From an uncultured Defluviitaleaceae bacterium (GTDB taxonomy: Bacteria; Bacillota; Clostridia; Lachnospirales; CAYYRV01): DNA of 64,000 nt. Shown here one piece after another: positions 8,886 to 23,206 of the stretch (positions are counted from its first letter, which is position 1; every line of letters begins with the position of its first letter). The notes under the pieces are model-generated. The model was not told the DNA's origin and searched no databases. It saw nothing but the letters and a program-made list of their open reading frames with translations. The stretch spans positions 17 to 64,016 of the forward strand of contig CAYYRV010000009.1 of assembly GCA_964474135.1 (NCBI GenBank), given 5' to 3'. The position numbers were made by a program, and so were the translations under genes.

Positions 8886-10151
8886 ATGGAGGTTTTAAAA
8901 TATAATGATTTGCTTAATGAGTCAATGTATATTAATAAGTTGCCAAATGGGCTTAATTGTTATATAATTCCAAAAAAAGGATATGTAGAGAAGCAAGCTA
9001 TTATTTGTACAAACTATGGCTCAATTGATGTTAAATTTGAAGTAGATGGGCAAAAAATACAATCACCTGACGGTATCGCTCATTTTCTTGAGCATAAGCT
9101 TTTTGAAGATGAACATAAATGTATTTTTGATGAATTTGTTAAGCTTGGTGCAAATGTAAATGCATTTACTAATTACACAAATACAGCATATTATTTTAAT
9201 ACAATTGATAATTTTGATGAAAGCTTAAAGCTCTTGTTAGATTTTACATCTACACCATATTTTACAGATGAAAACGTAGAAAAAGAAAAAGGCATTATTA
9301 CTCAAGAATTAAACATGTATTCCGACAATCCTTTTTGGAAAGTTTATATAAATTTGCAAGAGGCAATGTACTTAAAATCCCCTGTCAAAAAAAATATTGC
9401 TGGAACAGTAGAATCTATTAAAGATGTAAATAAAGATATGCTATACTCATGCTATAATTCTTTCTATTTTCCTAATAATATGGCATTAATATGCGTGGGT
9501 GATTTTGATAAAGATGCAATATATAATATAGCAAATGAACATTGTAAATTTAGTGAAAACAAGGAAATTAGCCGTATATATGATGATGAACCTATTGCAA
9601 TTAAAACTAGATATGTAGAGGAGAAAATGTCTTTATCTAGACCTATGTTTAATATTGGGTTTAAGGATAATTATTTTAAACATAACATAGCTGACACTAT
9701 AGTATCTACAAGAATTTTAATGGATATTATATCAGGGGGAAGTTCAGATTTTTTTAACAATCTTTATAGGGACGGGCTTGTTGACGGTATGATTTCCTTT
9801 GAATATTTAAACAGTAGCTTCTATGGAACAGCTGTTTTTTCGGCATCATCTGAGAACCCAGAAAAAGTTTGTATTTTGTTATTAGATGAGATTGAAAAAA
9901 CAAAGAAACAGGGAATAAATGAAGAAAGATTTAATCAAATTAAAAATAAGCATATGGGTAGATTTATTAGAGGTTTTAATAATATTGATTCAATAGCATC
10001 AACTCAAGTTGATTTATTTTCTAAAGAAATTGATTTGTTCGACTTAATGAACAGCTATCAGAATATAAACATTTATTCATTAAAAGAAAGGCTTAATGAG
10101 CTTTTTACTAATAATAACTATGTTGTTTCTGTAGTATTGCCTAAGGAATAA
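8886..10151 (+). CDS. M16 zinc peptidase (YmfH-like)
   Basis: PDGIAHFLEHKLFE (HxxEH), NAFT, VEKEKGII.QE. Confidence 0.9.
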   Translation: MEVLKYNDLLNESMYINKLPNGLNCYIIPKKGYVEKQAIICTNYGSIDVKFEVDGQKIQSPDGIAHFLEHKLFEDEHKCIFDEFVKLGANVNAFTNYTNTAYYFNTIDNFDESLKLLLDFTSTPYFTDENVEKEKGIITQELNMYSDNPFWKVYINLQEAMYLKSPVKKNIAGTVESIKDVNKDMLYSCYNSFYFPNNMALICVGDFDKDAIYNIANEHCKFSENKEISRIYDDEPIAIKTRYVEEKMSLSRPMFNIGFKDNYFKHNIADTIVSTRILMDIISGGSSDFFNNLYRDGLVDGMISFEYLNSSFYGTAVFSASSENPEKVCILLLDEIEKTKKQGINEERFNQIKNKHMGRFIRGFNNIDSIASTQVDLFSKEIDLFDLMNSYQNINIYSLKERLNELFTNNNYVVSVVLPKE

Positions 10152-10175
10152 AATATTTTATTGATAAAAGAATAA

Positions 10176-10295
10176 AAAACCTTGGGAAACTTTTTTTAAA
10201 AAAGTTTCCCAAGCCCTTCAAAAAACTTTAACAAGTAATGCCACTATGCAACATTTCGGTAAAAGCTCTTTTATTCTTTCTTTAAGGAAATAGGT
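10176..10295 (+). repeat. family A modular palindromic repeat, near-full copy
   Basis: AAAAACCTTGGGAAACTTTTTTTAAAAAAGTTTCCCAAGCCCTTCAAAAAACTTTAACAAG... colinear with 49411-49535. Confidence 0.9.
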
Positions 10296-10348
10296 GAGTG
10301 TTTATGGATGAATCCCCAAATATAAAAAATGTGCTAGGAGGAAAACAT

Positions 10349-11209
10349 ATGTATCCTGAAGTTTCATTTCCAAATCTAGGTATAAATATTGATAAGCTAC
10401 CAAGAGTTGCTTTTAGCGTTTTCGGCATTGATTTGTATTATTATGGAATAATAATTGGGCTTGCTTTTTTAGCAGGTACTTATTACACAATTCACGAAGC
10501 CAAAAGAACCGGACAAAACCCAGAAATTTATTCAGATTTTCTGCTATATGCAATAATATTATGTGTCATTGGTGCAAGAATATATTACGTTATATTTTCA
10601 TGGGATAGTTACAAAGATAATTTATTAAAAATATTTGCTATTAGAGAAGGAGGTCTTGCAGTTTATGGCGGAATTATCGCTGGCGTAATTACTGCTATTG
10701 TATACACAAGATTAAAAGGTTTAAGTTTCAAAGTTTTTGCAGACACAGCAACTCCAGCTCTTATTTTAGGGCAAGCAATAGGTAGATGGGGTAACTTTTT
10801 TAACAAAGAGGTTTTTGGGGAATATACAGACTCTCTTTTTGCTATGCGTTATTTAAAAGAAAGTGTTGATTCTATACCTCCTAAAGTTCTTGATAAGCTT
10901 GTAATTGTAAACGGTGTAGAGTATATTCAGGTACACCCGACATTTTTATATGAATCTGTTTGGTGTTTTGCTGCCTTTGCATTTATGAATATTTATAAAA
11001 GATATAAAAAGTTTGATGGCGAAATATGCTGTTTATATTTTATTGCTTATGGTATTGGAAGATTTATAATTGAAGGAATGAGAACTGACCAATTATATAT
11101 ATGGAATACAAATATAGCAGTTTCTCAAATATTATCTCTTGTTTTGGCAATTACAGCAATTGTTTATGATATTTATATTAGAAGAAACCAGAATAATAGT
11201 GCCTTATAA
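10349..11209 (+). CDS. lgt: prolipoprotein diacylglyceryl transferase
   Basis: GARIYYV, EGGLAVYGG, QAIGRWGNFFN.E, HPTFLYES; RBS AGGAGG before ATG 10349. Confidence 0.95.
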   Translation: MYPEVSFPNLGINIDKLPRVAFSVFGIDLYYYGIIIGLAFLAGTYYTIHEAKRTGQNPEIYSDFLLYAIILCVIGARIYYVIFSWDSYKDNLLKIFAIREGGLAVYGGIIAGVITAIVYTRLKGLSFKVFADTATPALILGQAIGRWGNFFNKEVFGEYTDSLFAMRYLKESVDSIPPKVLDKLVIVNGVEYIQVHPTFLYESVWCFAAFAFMNIYKRYKKFDGEICCLYFIAYGIGRFIIEGMRTDQLYIWNTNIAVSQILSLVLAITAIVYDIYIRRNQNNSAL

Positions 11210-11491
11210 AAATATATTTACATAGACTGTATTACTAAACTATAATAAAAATAATTGTAACTCAACCCCACTAATAACAGCCACTCACTATTAGATTATC
11301 GGCTATGGAAACAAAAAAAAACAAATAAAGTTGTTGTTTTTGAGATAGTTTTATAGCATTAAAATTAAAAAATATATAACTGTTATAAAATCCAGACTTA
11401 TACTAATTATAAATTAGATAATAAATAATATATAAAAAACACATGCATTCGTTGCAAAACCTTGACCTGAATACACGTGTTTTAATTGTTA

Positions 11492-12304
11492 CTACTTTAT
11501 ACCTGACATAGCAACACTTTCGATGAATTTTCTTTGAGCCATAAAGTAAACGACTAAAATAGGAATAATTGTAATTGCTGTTGCAGAGAATAGCCCTGCG
11601 TAGTTAGTTGTGTTTTGACCGCTAAACATGCTGAGGGCAACAGCCAGAGGAAACTTTTTCGTATCGTTTAGAACAAGGTATGGAAGTAAAAAGTCCTCCC
11701 AATTCCAAAGAAACAGAAATATAACAAGTGCTGAAATCATATTTACCGACAGAGGAATGGCAATGCTGTGAAATATTCTAAATTCAGATGCCCCATCAAG
11801 TCTAGCAGCTTCTATCAGTTCATTCGGTACGCCATCTTGCATGTATTGACGCATCATAAATATACCGAAAGCGGAAAATAAGCTTACTACCACAATTGCA
11901 GTGTAGGTATTAGACAAGTTCAGCTTGTTAATTAAGTCGTAAATAGGTATTACAATTGTCAAATAGGGTACCATCATACTAAAAAGAACGATAGAGAATA
12001 TTTGCTTTTTAAACCTAAATTCGTACTTGGCGAAAACAAATCCGCACAGTAGGCTTGTATAAAGTCCGATAGCCGTCTTAATTACGCTTAACCATGTAGA
12101 ATTTAAAAAGTAACGCCCTATGTTAAACTTTTTGAATACCTCAGAGTAGTTATCAAGTGTAAAAGTATTAGGAATAAATGTAGGAGGTACTGCAGTTATT
12201 TCGCTGTTGGTTTTAAAAGTAGACAATATTAGCCACAGAAATGGTAGAAACATAGCTACTGCACCAATAGCCAGCACAACGTATGTAATTGATTTTTTAA
12301 TCAC
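11492..12304 (-). CDS. carbohydrate ABC transporter permease (MalG-like)
   Basis: EAA loop ELIEAARLDGASEFRIF. Confidence 0.92.
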   Translation of the reverse strand: MIKKSITYVVLAIGAVAMFLPFLWLILSTFKTNSEITAVPPTFIPNTFTLDNYSEVFKKFNIGRYFLNSTWLSVIKTAIGLYTSLLCGFVFAKYEFRFKKQIFSIVLFSMMVPYLTIVIPIYDLINKLNLSNTYTAIVVVSLFSAFGIFMMRQYMQDGVPNELIEAARLDGASEFRIFHSIAIPLSVNMISALVIFLFLWNWEDFLLPYLVLNDTKKFPLAVALSMFSGQNTTNYAGLFSATAITIIPILVVYFMAQRKFIESVAMSGIK

Positions 12305-13193
12305 TTGCTTCCCCTCCTGACATAAGCTTAAACTGGATAAACGTTATGAGCATAATTAACAGAAATAAAATCGTAGATAACGCCGATGCATAACCGAATT
12401 TCTTGTTCTGAAAGGCCTCCTCAAATATTAAGTAAGACAAAACCTTTGTAGTACCAGAGCCTTTAGTCATAATTAACATCTGTATAAAAGACTGGAAGCT
12501 TCCTATAAAAGTAGTAATTATTATAAAAATTGTAGTTGGTTTTACGAGCGGCACAGTTATTTTAAAGAACTTTTGTACAGAATTTGCACCGTCTAAATCT
12601 GCGGCTTCGTATACGTCACGTGAAATGCTTAACAGTGCGGCAATGAAAATAACGATAGCATATCCCAAGTCCTTCCATACGGTCATAAAGATAACAGCAG
12701 GCATAGCCGTTAAAGGGTCTGTAAGCCAGTTTATTCTGTCAATCCCTACAACAGCTAAAATACTGTTTAAAAGACCGATACGAGGGTGGTATATCCACTT
12801 CCATACAATAGAGACTGCTACCAAAGGCATTACTACGGGCAGGAAATAGATACTTCTAAAAAAACCCTTCATCTTAGTAATGGCATTAAGCAACACTGCG
12901 AAAAGTAACCCAAAGAATGTTCGCAAAATGACGACAGCCATTGTAAAAAATACTGTGTTTATAAAAGCCTTAATAAAAATACTGGACGAAAATATCTGTG
13001 TATAGTTTTTAAATCCCACAAAGTCCATAGATTTAACAAGTGGGTTCCAATCGTGAAAACTGCCGTAAAACCCATAAATCAAAGGGTAAATAAAGAATAC
13101 GACATTATAAGCAAGTAATGTTCCCATAGCCAGTATAATCATAAGTTTCTTTTGGTCCTCTAAAAAGAATCTTCTTAGCTTAATAATACTCAC
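12297..13193 (-). CDS. carbohydrate ABC transporter permease (MalF-like)
   Basis: FVGFKNY, YEAADLDGA, FGYASA. Confidence 0.92.
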   Translation of the reverse strand: MSIIKLRRFFLEDQKKLMIILAMGTLLAYNVVFFIYPLIYGFYGSFHDWNPLVKSMDFVGFKNYTQIFSSSIFIKAFINTVFFTMAVVILRTFFGLLFAVLLNAITKMKGFFRSIYFLPVVMPLVAVSIVWKWIYHPRIGLLNSILAVVGIDRINWLTDPLTAMPAVIFMTVWKDLGYAIVIFIAALLSISRDVYEAADLDGANSVQKFFKITVPLVKPTTIFIIITTFIGSFQSFIQMLIMTKGSGTTKVLSYLIFEEAFQNKKFGYASALSTILFLLIMLITFIQFKLMSGGEASD

Positions 13194-13203
13194 CCTCTCA
13201 TAT

Positions 13204-13337
13204 TAGAGGCCGTTTGAAAAATCTATTTTAGTGCCTTTACCCTTAGGATACAATGTGGTGAATTTTCTAAATTGCTTCCTTATAATTGTGAAAATTTCCT
13301 CACAAATCCACTAAAATCTATTTTTCAAACACGCCTA
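13204..13337. mobile_element. MITE-like element, family D
   Basis: ~28-bp imperfect TIRs TAGAGGCCGTTTGAAAAATCTATTTTAGTG / CACTAAAATCTATTTTTCAAACACGCCTA, TA at both ends. Confidence 0.7.
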
Positions 13338-13358
13338 GACCTCTTGCAAGTTGAAAAT

Positions 13359-14636
13359 TTACTTAAAAGAATCTCTGTAGTTATCTTCCATCTGAATTAA
13401 CCTGTTCACGTCTATGTCAGCCGCTTCCTTATATGCTTCTTCTACTACCTTACCACTGTTTTCACCGGACAATACCTTTTCCATATTTGACTTATAAATC
13501 TTTTCTAAATTTCTGGGAATAACAGCAAAAGCAACAGTTTTGTTTTCAAATGACTTTAATACGGCATCTCCAGCAGTAAAAGGCTCATAGCTAACTATAA
13601 TATCAGTGTTGTTAGGGATACCACTGTTGCCCTTTACGATTGCGGAGTTTGTCGCTTCGTCTGTAAGCATAAATTTAACAAATTCGTTTAAAACCTTATA
13701 TTTTTCGTCATTTACATTTTTGTTAATACCAAATGTTGGCTCGGAAAGTGCATAGACAATGTTAGAATTATTCGAGGGTACAGGAAAAGCCATGATTTTA
13801 TCCTTTATTTCTTCTGGTGCCCAAAATTCCATCCATGTTGCACCATGAATATATGCTGTTACGTTCTGATAAAATGATTCCTCAGGGTTTCCGTTACCAA
13901 AGGAGAAATAATCGGAAACGCCATCCTTTTGCCACCTATTCACAAAATCCAATTGCTCCTTATAAAACTGTGGTTTACCGTCTTTAGTATATGGTACACC
14001 TTCGCTGTACATTAAATCGCTAAGAATATTAAAGTTAAAATCTATACCTATAGAGCCAGGGGTTTTACCCATAGCTTCCTTTGCACTTGCTTCCACTTCA
14101 GCCCAACTCTTGGGATATGTATCGGATAAACCTGTAAGTTCCTTATTAGCGAACATTACGTAAGAAACTAAAACTGTAGGTACAAATATGTCTTTGTTGT
14201 TTTCTCCTGTGTAAATACCTTTTATTTTAAGACTATTAAGTAAGTTCTCTCCTAAATCCAATTCCTTAGATATCGGCATAAGCACATCCATATAAGCATC
14301 ATGTGCTAAGAAAATATCAGGACCTCTGCCTTCGGAGACCTCAAGAGGCAATTTTGTCCAATAATCGTCCCAAGGCTGTTGCTCAATAGTGTAAGCAAAA
14401 CTTTCCCCTTTCTTTTCCATAAAGCTTTTGAAATTTTCAAACATATCAAAATAGAATTTATACTCTGTTTCGTCTCCTGGAATCCAAACAGTAAAGTTCA
14501 TATCTTTTCCGCCTAATTCAGCCGAGGTGTTGCCACTGCTATTATCAGACGGTGTTTCAGATTTAGGTGCTTGCCCGCTGCAACCACTAAGTATAAGACA
14601 TCCTGCCAACGCAAAAGCTAACATCTTTTTTAACAT
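13359..14636 (-). CDS. sugar ABC transporter substrate-binding lipoprotein
   Basis: lipobox LSGC, QQPWDDYWTKL, GPDIF. Confidence 0.9.
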   Translation of the reverse strand: MLKKMLAFALAGCLILSGCSGQAPKSETPSDNSSGNTSAELGGKDMNFTVWIPGDETEYKFYFDMFENFKSFMEKKGESFAYTIEQQPWDDYWTKLPLEVSEGRGPDIFLAHDAYMDVLMPISKELDLGENLLNSLKIKGIYTGENNKDIFVPTVLVSYVMFANKELTGLSDTYPKSWAEVEASAKEAMGKTPGSIGIDFNFNILSDLMYSEGVPYTKDGKPQFYKEQLDFVNRWQKDGVSDYFSFGNGNPEESFYQNVTAYIHGATWMEFWAPEEIKDKIMAFPVPSNNSNIVYALSEPTFGINKNVNDEKYKVLNEFVKFMLTDEATNSAIVKGNSGIPNNTDIIVSYEPFTAGDAVLKSFENKTVAFAVIPRNLEKIYKSNMEKVLSGENSGKVVEEAYKEAADIDVNRLIQMEDNYRDSFK

Positions 14637-14671
14637 AATATACACTCCTTTTTAGTAAAATACTATGATTA

Positions 14672-14858
14672 TTTACTAAGTAAATTTTAACACATTTTTT
14701 AATAATGTCAATAGTTTTTTGTAAAATATTTTGAGCTGTTATGCCCATATAGTATTAATTAAGAGAGAAAAATAAAAAAATAAGAAATACTTTTTAGTGT
14801 AAGTGTTACAAGTTTACTAAGTAAAACTATTGACATTTTACTTAATTGTTTGTATGAT
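14672..14858. promoter_or_regulatory. divergent sigma-A promoters with two identical TTTACTAAGTAAA palindromes (candidate LacI/EbgR operators)
   Basis: palindrome at 14672-14684 and 14813-14825; + promoter TTGACA(14830)-N17-TATGAT; - promoter TTGACA(14711)-N16-TAAAAT. Confidence 0.65.
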
Positions 14859-14885
14859 GTACTATATTAGCATTTTATAATTTAG

Positions 14886-17969
<3,084 letters not shown>

Positions 17970-17991
17970 TTGAATTATAGGAGGATTTGTT

Positions 17992-19647
17992 ATGTTTAAC
18001 TTGAAGGACGTACCTTTTAGTCGGTTTGGAAATTATTTTGCAATATCACAGGTTAACGAACAATATTACTTAAAGGATTTACATGGCGGAGACGAAAGCG
18101 ATAGTAAGGTATTTTTGTTAACATTTTTGTGTGGTGACCAACCTGTAAGCCCTACGGTTAATTTTACGGAAACGCTACTAATATTTAGCTATAATGAAAG
18201 CTTTGTCCGTATATGCTTTGGGGAAGAAAGCCTTGTTAATATAGAAACAAATAACTTAACGCTAAAGCTTACATGCTTAAAAAACAGATATGATAGCCTT
18301 TTAAAGCTAGACGATAAAACCTACCATTTTGACTTTTACACAAAAGAAATTAAATATGTATTTTCAATAGCCAAGGGAAAAATTATTGTAGATGCCCCTT
18401 GGAAATATGTAGGTAATGAGTACATTGAAATTGTGCTGAGCGGAAAAAGTTACATGGTTATCGAAGCATTTAGACATACTGTAGATTACGCAAAAGCATA
18501 CCATTCATTTGAATGGTATGCTGTCAACGTAAGAAACGAATATGCTGAATTTTATCAAAAAATTGCTCCTTACAAAAATTATTCAGATAGCACTAAGCTG
18601 GCTACATACATTCTATGGTCTTGCGTAGTAAAGCCTTCTGGAATTATTAGCGAATATGCCGTATATATGTCTAAAAATGTTATGAATAACATTTGGAGTT
18701 GGGATAACGCTTTTAACGCCATAGCCTTATGTAAGGATTTTCCAGAACTCAGCTTTGCTCAAATCAAGCTCTTTATTAATTTTCAAAACGAGCAGGGAGC
18801 ATATCCCGACTTTATTAACGATAAGTTTATATCTTATAATTGCCTAAAGCCACCTGTGCATAGTTGGGCATTTTCATTAATGCGTAGGCATAACGACTTC
18901 TTTAGCCAAAGGGATATAATGGAAATGGCTTATAACAGCTTTAAAAAGCAAGGTGAGTTTTGGCTTGAGCACCGCATATTAAAAAATATGAATGCACCCT
19001 TGTACTTTCACGGCAACGACTCTGGCTTTGATAATGCCTCTGTATTCAGAAAATGCTTGCCTGTAGCTTCTCCTGACTTGCTTGCCCACCTTATACGTCA
19101 CTTTGATATTATGGCAGATATGGCAAAGGAACTTGACTTGCAACAACATGCTTCTGCTCATAAGCAAAAAGCTGATGGGCTATACGAACTTTTAATAAAT
19201 GACTTTTACCGTGAAGGCAGTTTTTTCGCAAAGACATATGCGGATAACTGTGTAATTCCTTACCAATCTAGCCTATTACTGTGCTTGCCTATAATAATTT
19301 CATACAGGCTGCCCAAAAAAGTGTTAAACGACCTTGTTGACAACATTAAAAATAACTTCTTAACCGATTTTGGCATTGCGAGCGAAAAGCTTAACAGTCC
19401 ATTTTATAAGAATGATGGTTATTGGCTTGGACCTATTTGGGCGGCCCCTACCCTGCTAATTTATGATGCACTTAAGGCAAGTGGTTACACAGAATTTGCA
19501 GAAGAAGTTAAAAATAAATTTTTTAAACTTGTTAAGCAAGGTGGCATGGCAGAGAACTTTAATGCAAAAACAGGTGAGGGGCTTTCAGACAAAGCTTTTA
19601 CGTGGACATCAGGCGTATATCTTACTTTACTAAAGGAGCTAATATAG
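17992..19647 (+). CDS. (alpha/alpha)6 glycoside hydrolase, GH63/MGH1-like
   Basis: WSWDNAF, KPPVH, NDSGFDNA, YWLGPIW, ENFNAKTGEG, FTWTS. Confidence 0.8.
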   Translation: MFNLKDVPFSRFGNYFAISQVNEQYYLKDLHGGDESDSKVFLLTFLCGDQPVSPTVNFTETLLIFSYNESFVRICFGEESLVNIETNNLTLKLTCLKNRYDSLLKLDDKTYHFDFYTKEIKYVFSIAKGKIIVDAPWKYVGNEYIEIVLSGKSYMVIEAFRHTVDYAKAYHSFEWYAVNVRNEYAEFYQKIAPYKNYSDSTKLATYILWSCVVKPSGIISEYAVYMSKNVMNNIWSWDNAFNAIALCKDFPELSFAQIKLFINFQNEQGAYPDFINDKFISYNCLKPPVHSWAFSLMRRHNDFFSQRDIMEMAYNSFKKQGEFWLEHRILKNMNAPLYFHGNDSGFDNASVFRKCLPVASPDLLAHLIRHFDIMADMAKELDLQQHASAHKQKADGLYELLINDFYREGSFFAKTYADNCVIPYQSSLLLCLPIIISYRLPKKVLNDLVDNIKNNFLTDFGIASEKLNSPFYKNDGYWLGPIWAAPTLLIYDALKASGYTEFAEEVKNKFFKLVKQGGMAENFNAKTGEGLSDKAFTWTSGVYLTLLKELI

Positions 19648-20550
19648 ATGAGAAAATATTTTGCAGAAATTGGTCTGCTTATTGTAGCAATCATTTGGGG
19701 CAGTGGTTTTGTAGCTGGGGATATATCATTAACTTATTTTACTCCTTATGAAATTATGGCTATTCGCTTTAGCATAGCGTCTATTTGCATGGTGGCTGTG
19801 TTTTTTAAAAAGCTGAAAGGACTAACAGCCTTATCCTTAAAGTATGGCATTGTACTGGGCTTTTTCTTATATGCCGCATTTTTGCTGCAAACTGTAGGGC
19901 TTGTATATACAACGCCTTCAAAAAATGCGTTTTTAACAGCAGTAAACGTTGTTATTGTACCGTTTATAAGCTTTGTGCTGTATAAAAGAAAAATAGACAT
20001 ATATGGAGCGGCAGGTGCTTTCCTATCCATTCTAGGCATTGGAATAATTTCTCTAAAATCAGATTTTACTGTTAACCTTGGAGACTTTTTAACTATATTG
20101 TGTGCGTTTGGTTTTGCGTTCCACATTTTTTTCACTGGAGAATTTTTAAAGAAGGGGGCTGATGCCGTTAGCTTAACGTTAGTACAAATGATAACAGCTG
20201 CAATAATATCAATTATCACATTACTGTTTGTAGATGTAGACAAGACAGCACCTTTTTCAACATCAGCTTTTATGTCTACAATCTATTTAGGCTTAGTCAG
20301 TACTACCACCGCCTTTTTGCTTCAAACCATTTGTCAAAAGCATACAACCGAAACAAAAGCCGCTGTACTGTTATCCACTGAATCACTATTCGGTGCTATT
20401 TTCTCTATTATTATACTAAATGAAGCTCTGACATTGCGTACCGGCATAGGATGTGTTATTATTTTTATTGCCATATTAACTGCTGAGGTAAAGCCTGGCT
20501 CGGCATATTTCAGCAGTAGTATAAAAAATAACACAGGGGGCAATACGTAG
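19648..20550 (+). CDS. DMT/EamA family transporter
   Basis: AIIWGSGF, LQTVGL.YTTPSKNAFLT, ESLFGA; about 10 TMs. Confidence 0.9.
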   Translation: MRKYFAEIGLLIVAIIWGSGFVAGDISLTYFTPYEIMAIRFSIASICMVAVFFKKLKGLTALSLKYGIVLGFFLYAAFLLQTVGLVYTTPSKNAFLTAVNVVIVPFISFVLYKRKIDIYGAAGAFLSILGIGIISLKSDFTVNLGDFLTILCAFGFAFHIFFTGEFLKKGADAVSLTLVQMITAAIISIITLLFVDVDKTAPFSTSAFMSTIYLGLVSTTTAFLLQTICQKHTTETKAAVLLSTESLFGAIFSIIILNEALTLRTGIGCVIIFIAILTAEVKPGSAYFSSSIKNNTGGNT

Positions 20551-21546
<996 letters not shown>

Positions 21547-21550
21547 AAAC

Positions 21551-21600
21551 TTTGGGGGATAAAAGTTTTTTCAAACGCTGAAAAAGCTTTTATCCCCTAA
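21551..21600. terminator. long hairpin after the LacI gene (possible distant family A variant)
   Basis: GGGGATAAAAGTTTTTTCA...TGAAAAAGCTTTTATCCCC. Confidence 0.5.
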
Positions 21601-21822
21601 CTTCTATCCCCCAAAACTCCTCTCTCATAATATTATTTTAGAGTATGGCAAACCTGATAAAACCCACTTTATGTTAAAGATACTGAAAACTTACTCCATA
21701 AATTAGGTAATAAAGTTTTTGTGGGTGATTATTTATTGCCTGCTTCTTCTTATCATCACTGTAGAAAATACAGACGTATTTATTTATTCTGTATTTTTTT
21801 ATTGTAAGATTATACCATCTAT

Positions 21823-23019
21823 CTAATTTCCAGTACAAGCTTGATATTTTTTAAATAATTTAAGATATATAAAAGTTGTAAAAATTAATAGAACATTCAA
21901 ACCTATAGCAATATAAAAAATTTGTTTAAAAGATAAAAATGACTCAAATGATTTTATAATAATCGGAATTATCATATATGATACAGCACTTGAAAATATT
22001 ACTATACTTGTTGCCCATGATGTATTTTCTGGATAAAGTTCACCCGAAATACCAATACCAAGTGTAAACATAATACAATACAACCCACCTAAAGCAAGAA
22101 ATAAAACAATTAAAATAATAAAATTACTTAATATTAGACATAATGTTAGTAATACGAGTGCTAATATTGAATTATAGAATGCAACTTCTTTTGGAGTTAC
22201 TCTTTTTAATACTACTGAAAAAAATAAACTGCCAATTATCCCGCCGGCACTAAAAAAAGTAAGAAGATTTATCGCATTAGAATTATCAATGTTAAATAGT
22301 ATAGGTGCAAATAGTGTAGTATAGTTTAGCAAAATACAATTTATTATACTTGATAGAACCATAATAGAAATGTTAGTTGCAAACAATGTTATTTTTGGAC
22401 TCATGTTTTTACTACTGTTTGAAGTTTTGTTTTCTGATACACCTTCACTTTTATTTTTATTTGTTCCTTTTATAAAAAATAGTGATAGGTAAGCAGTTAT
22501 TGATATTAATGCATAAATTACAAATATAAGTTTGAAATTAATATTTGATTTAACTATAGCAGATATTATAAATGGTGATAAAAAATTACCAAATCCAAAA
22601 AAACTCTGTGTTAAACTTAACTTGCTTGCATACGTATTAGGAAAAAATTCATATAAAAGGCTAATACCAGATGTATCAGTTAAACCATGTCCAAATCCAG
22701 CAATCGATGAATATATAAACGCCATTATAAAAGAAGTATTAAAAATTGATGCTATCAAAAATACAAGTATAAAAAAACAGCCTGCTAAAAACGTTTTCTT
22801 TGCAGTAAACATTTTAATGCTTTTACTACTTAATAAAATTGAAAAAATCCTGCCTATACTATATGTTGAGAATAAAATCATTATTATATTAGGTTCTTCT
22901 GAATAATAAACACTTAAAATATCTACTATTGAACCAAATAAGGTAAACATACCTCCTAATATTAAAAATCCTAAAATAATTGGTAATAATACAAAGTTAT
23001 TTTTTATTGAGTTTTCCAT
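21823..23019 (-). CDS. MFS transporter (TsgA/FucP-like)
   Basis: about 12 hydrophobic segments, QSFFGFGNFLSP; divergent from punA. Confidence 0.8.
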   Translation of the reverse strand: MENSIKNNFVLLPIILGFLILGGMFTLFGSIVDILSVYYSEEPNIIMILFSTYSIGRIFSILLSSKSIKMFTAKKTFLAGCFFILVFLIASIFNTSFIMAFIYSSIAGFGHGLTDTSGISLLYEFFPNTYASKLSLTQSFFGFGNFLSPFIISAIVKSNINFKLIFVIYALISITAYLSLFFIKGTNKNKSEGVSENKTSNSSKNMSPKITLFATNISIMVLSSIINCILLNYTTLFAPILFNIDNSNAINLLTFFSAGGIIGSLFFSVVLKRVTPKEVAFYNSILALVLLTLCLILSNFIILIVLFLALGGLYCIMFTLGIGISGELYPENTSWATSIVIFSSAVSYMIIPIIIKSFESFLSFKQIFYIAIGLNVLLIFTTFIYLKLFKKYQACTGN

Positions 23020-23042
23020 TATAACATCTCCTCTAATCTTTA

Positions 23043-23193
23043 TGTTACTATTATAACATTATTTTTTTTGATGTCAACAAATACGTGTTTAAAATTATAC
23101 ATTATTACCAAAAAAATATAGAATAATATTATTATGTTGACATAAATTATAGTATATGTTAGAATTGTTTTACAAAATGTTAATATTAAAACA
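23043..23193. promoter_or_regulatory. divergent promoters with two TGT-N10-ACA candidate DeoR operators
   Basis: TGTTACTATTATAACA 23043-23058 and TGTTAATATTAAAACA 23178-23193; + TTGACA(23137)-N17-TAGAAT; - TTGACA(23077)-N16-TATAAT. Confidence 0.6.
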
Positions 23194-23206
23194 AAGGAGT
23201 GTTAAA

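Noticed and set aside
14798-14810. cre site TGTAAGTGTTACA
   Set aside because: One base short and lacks the central CG; not supportable.
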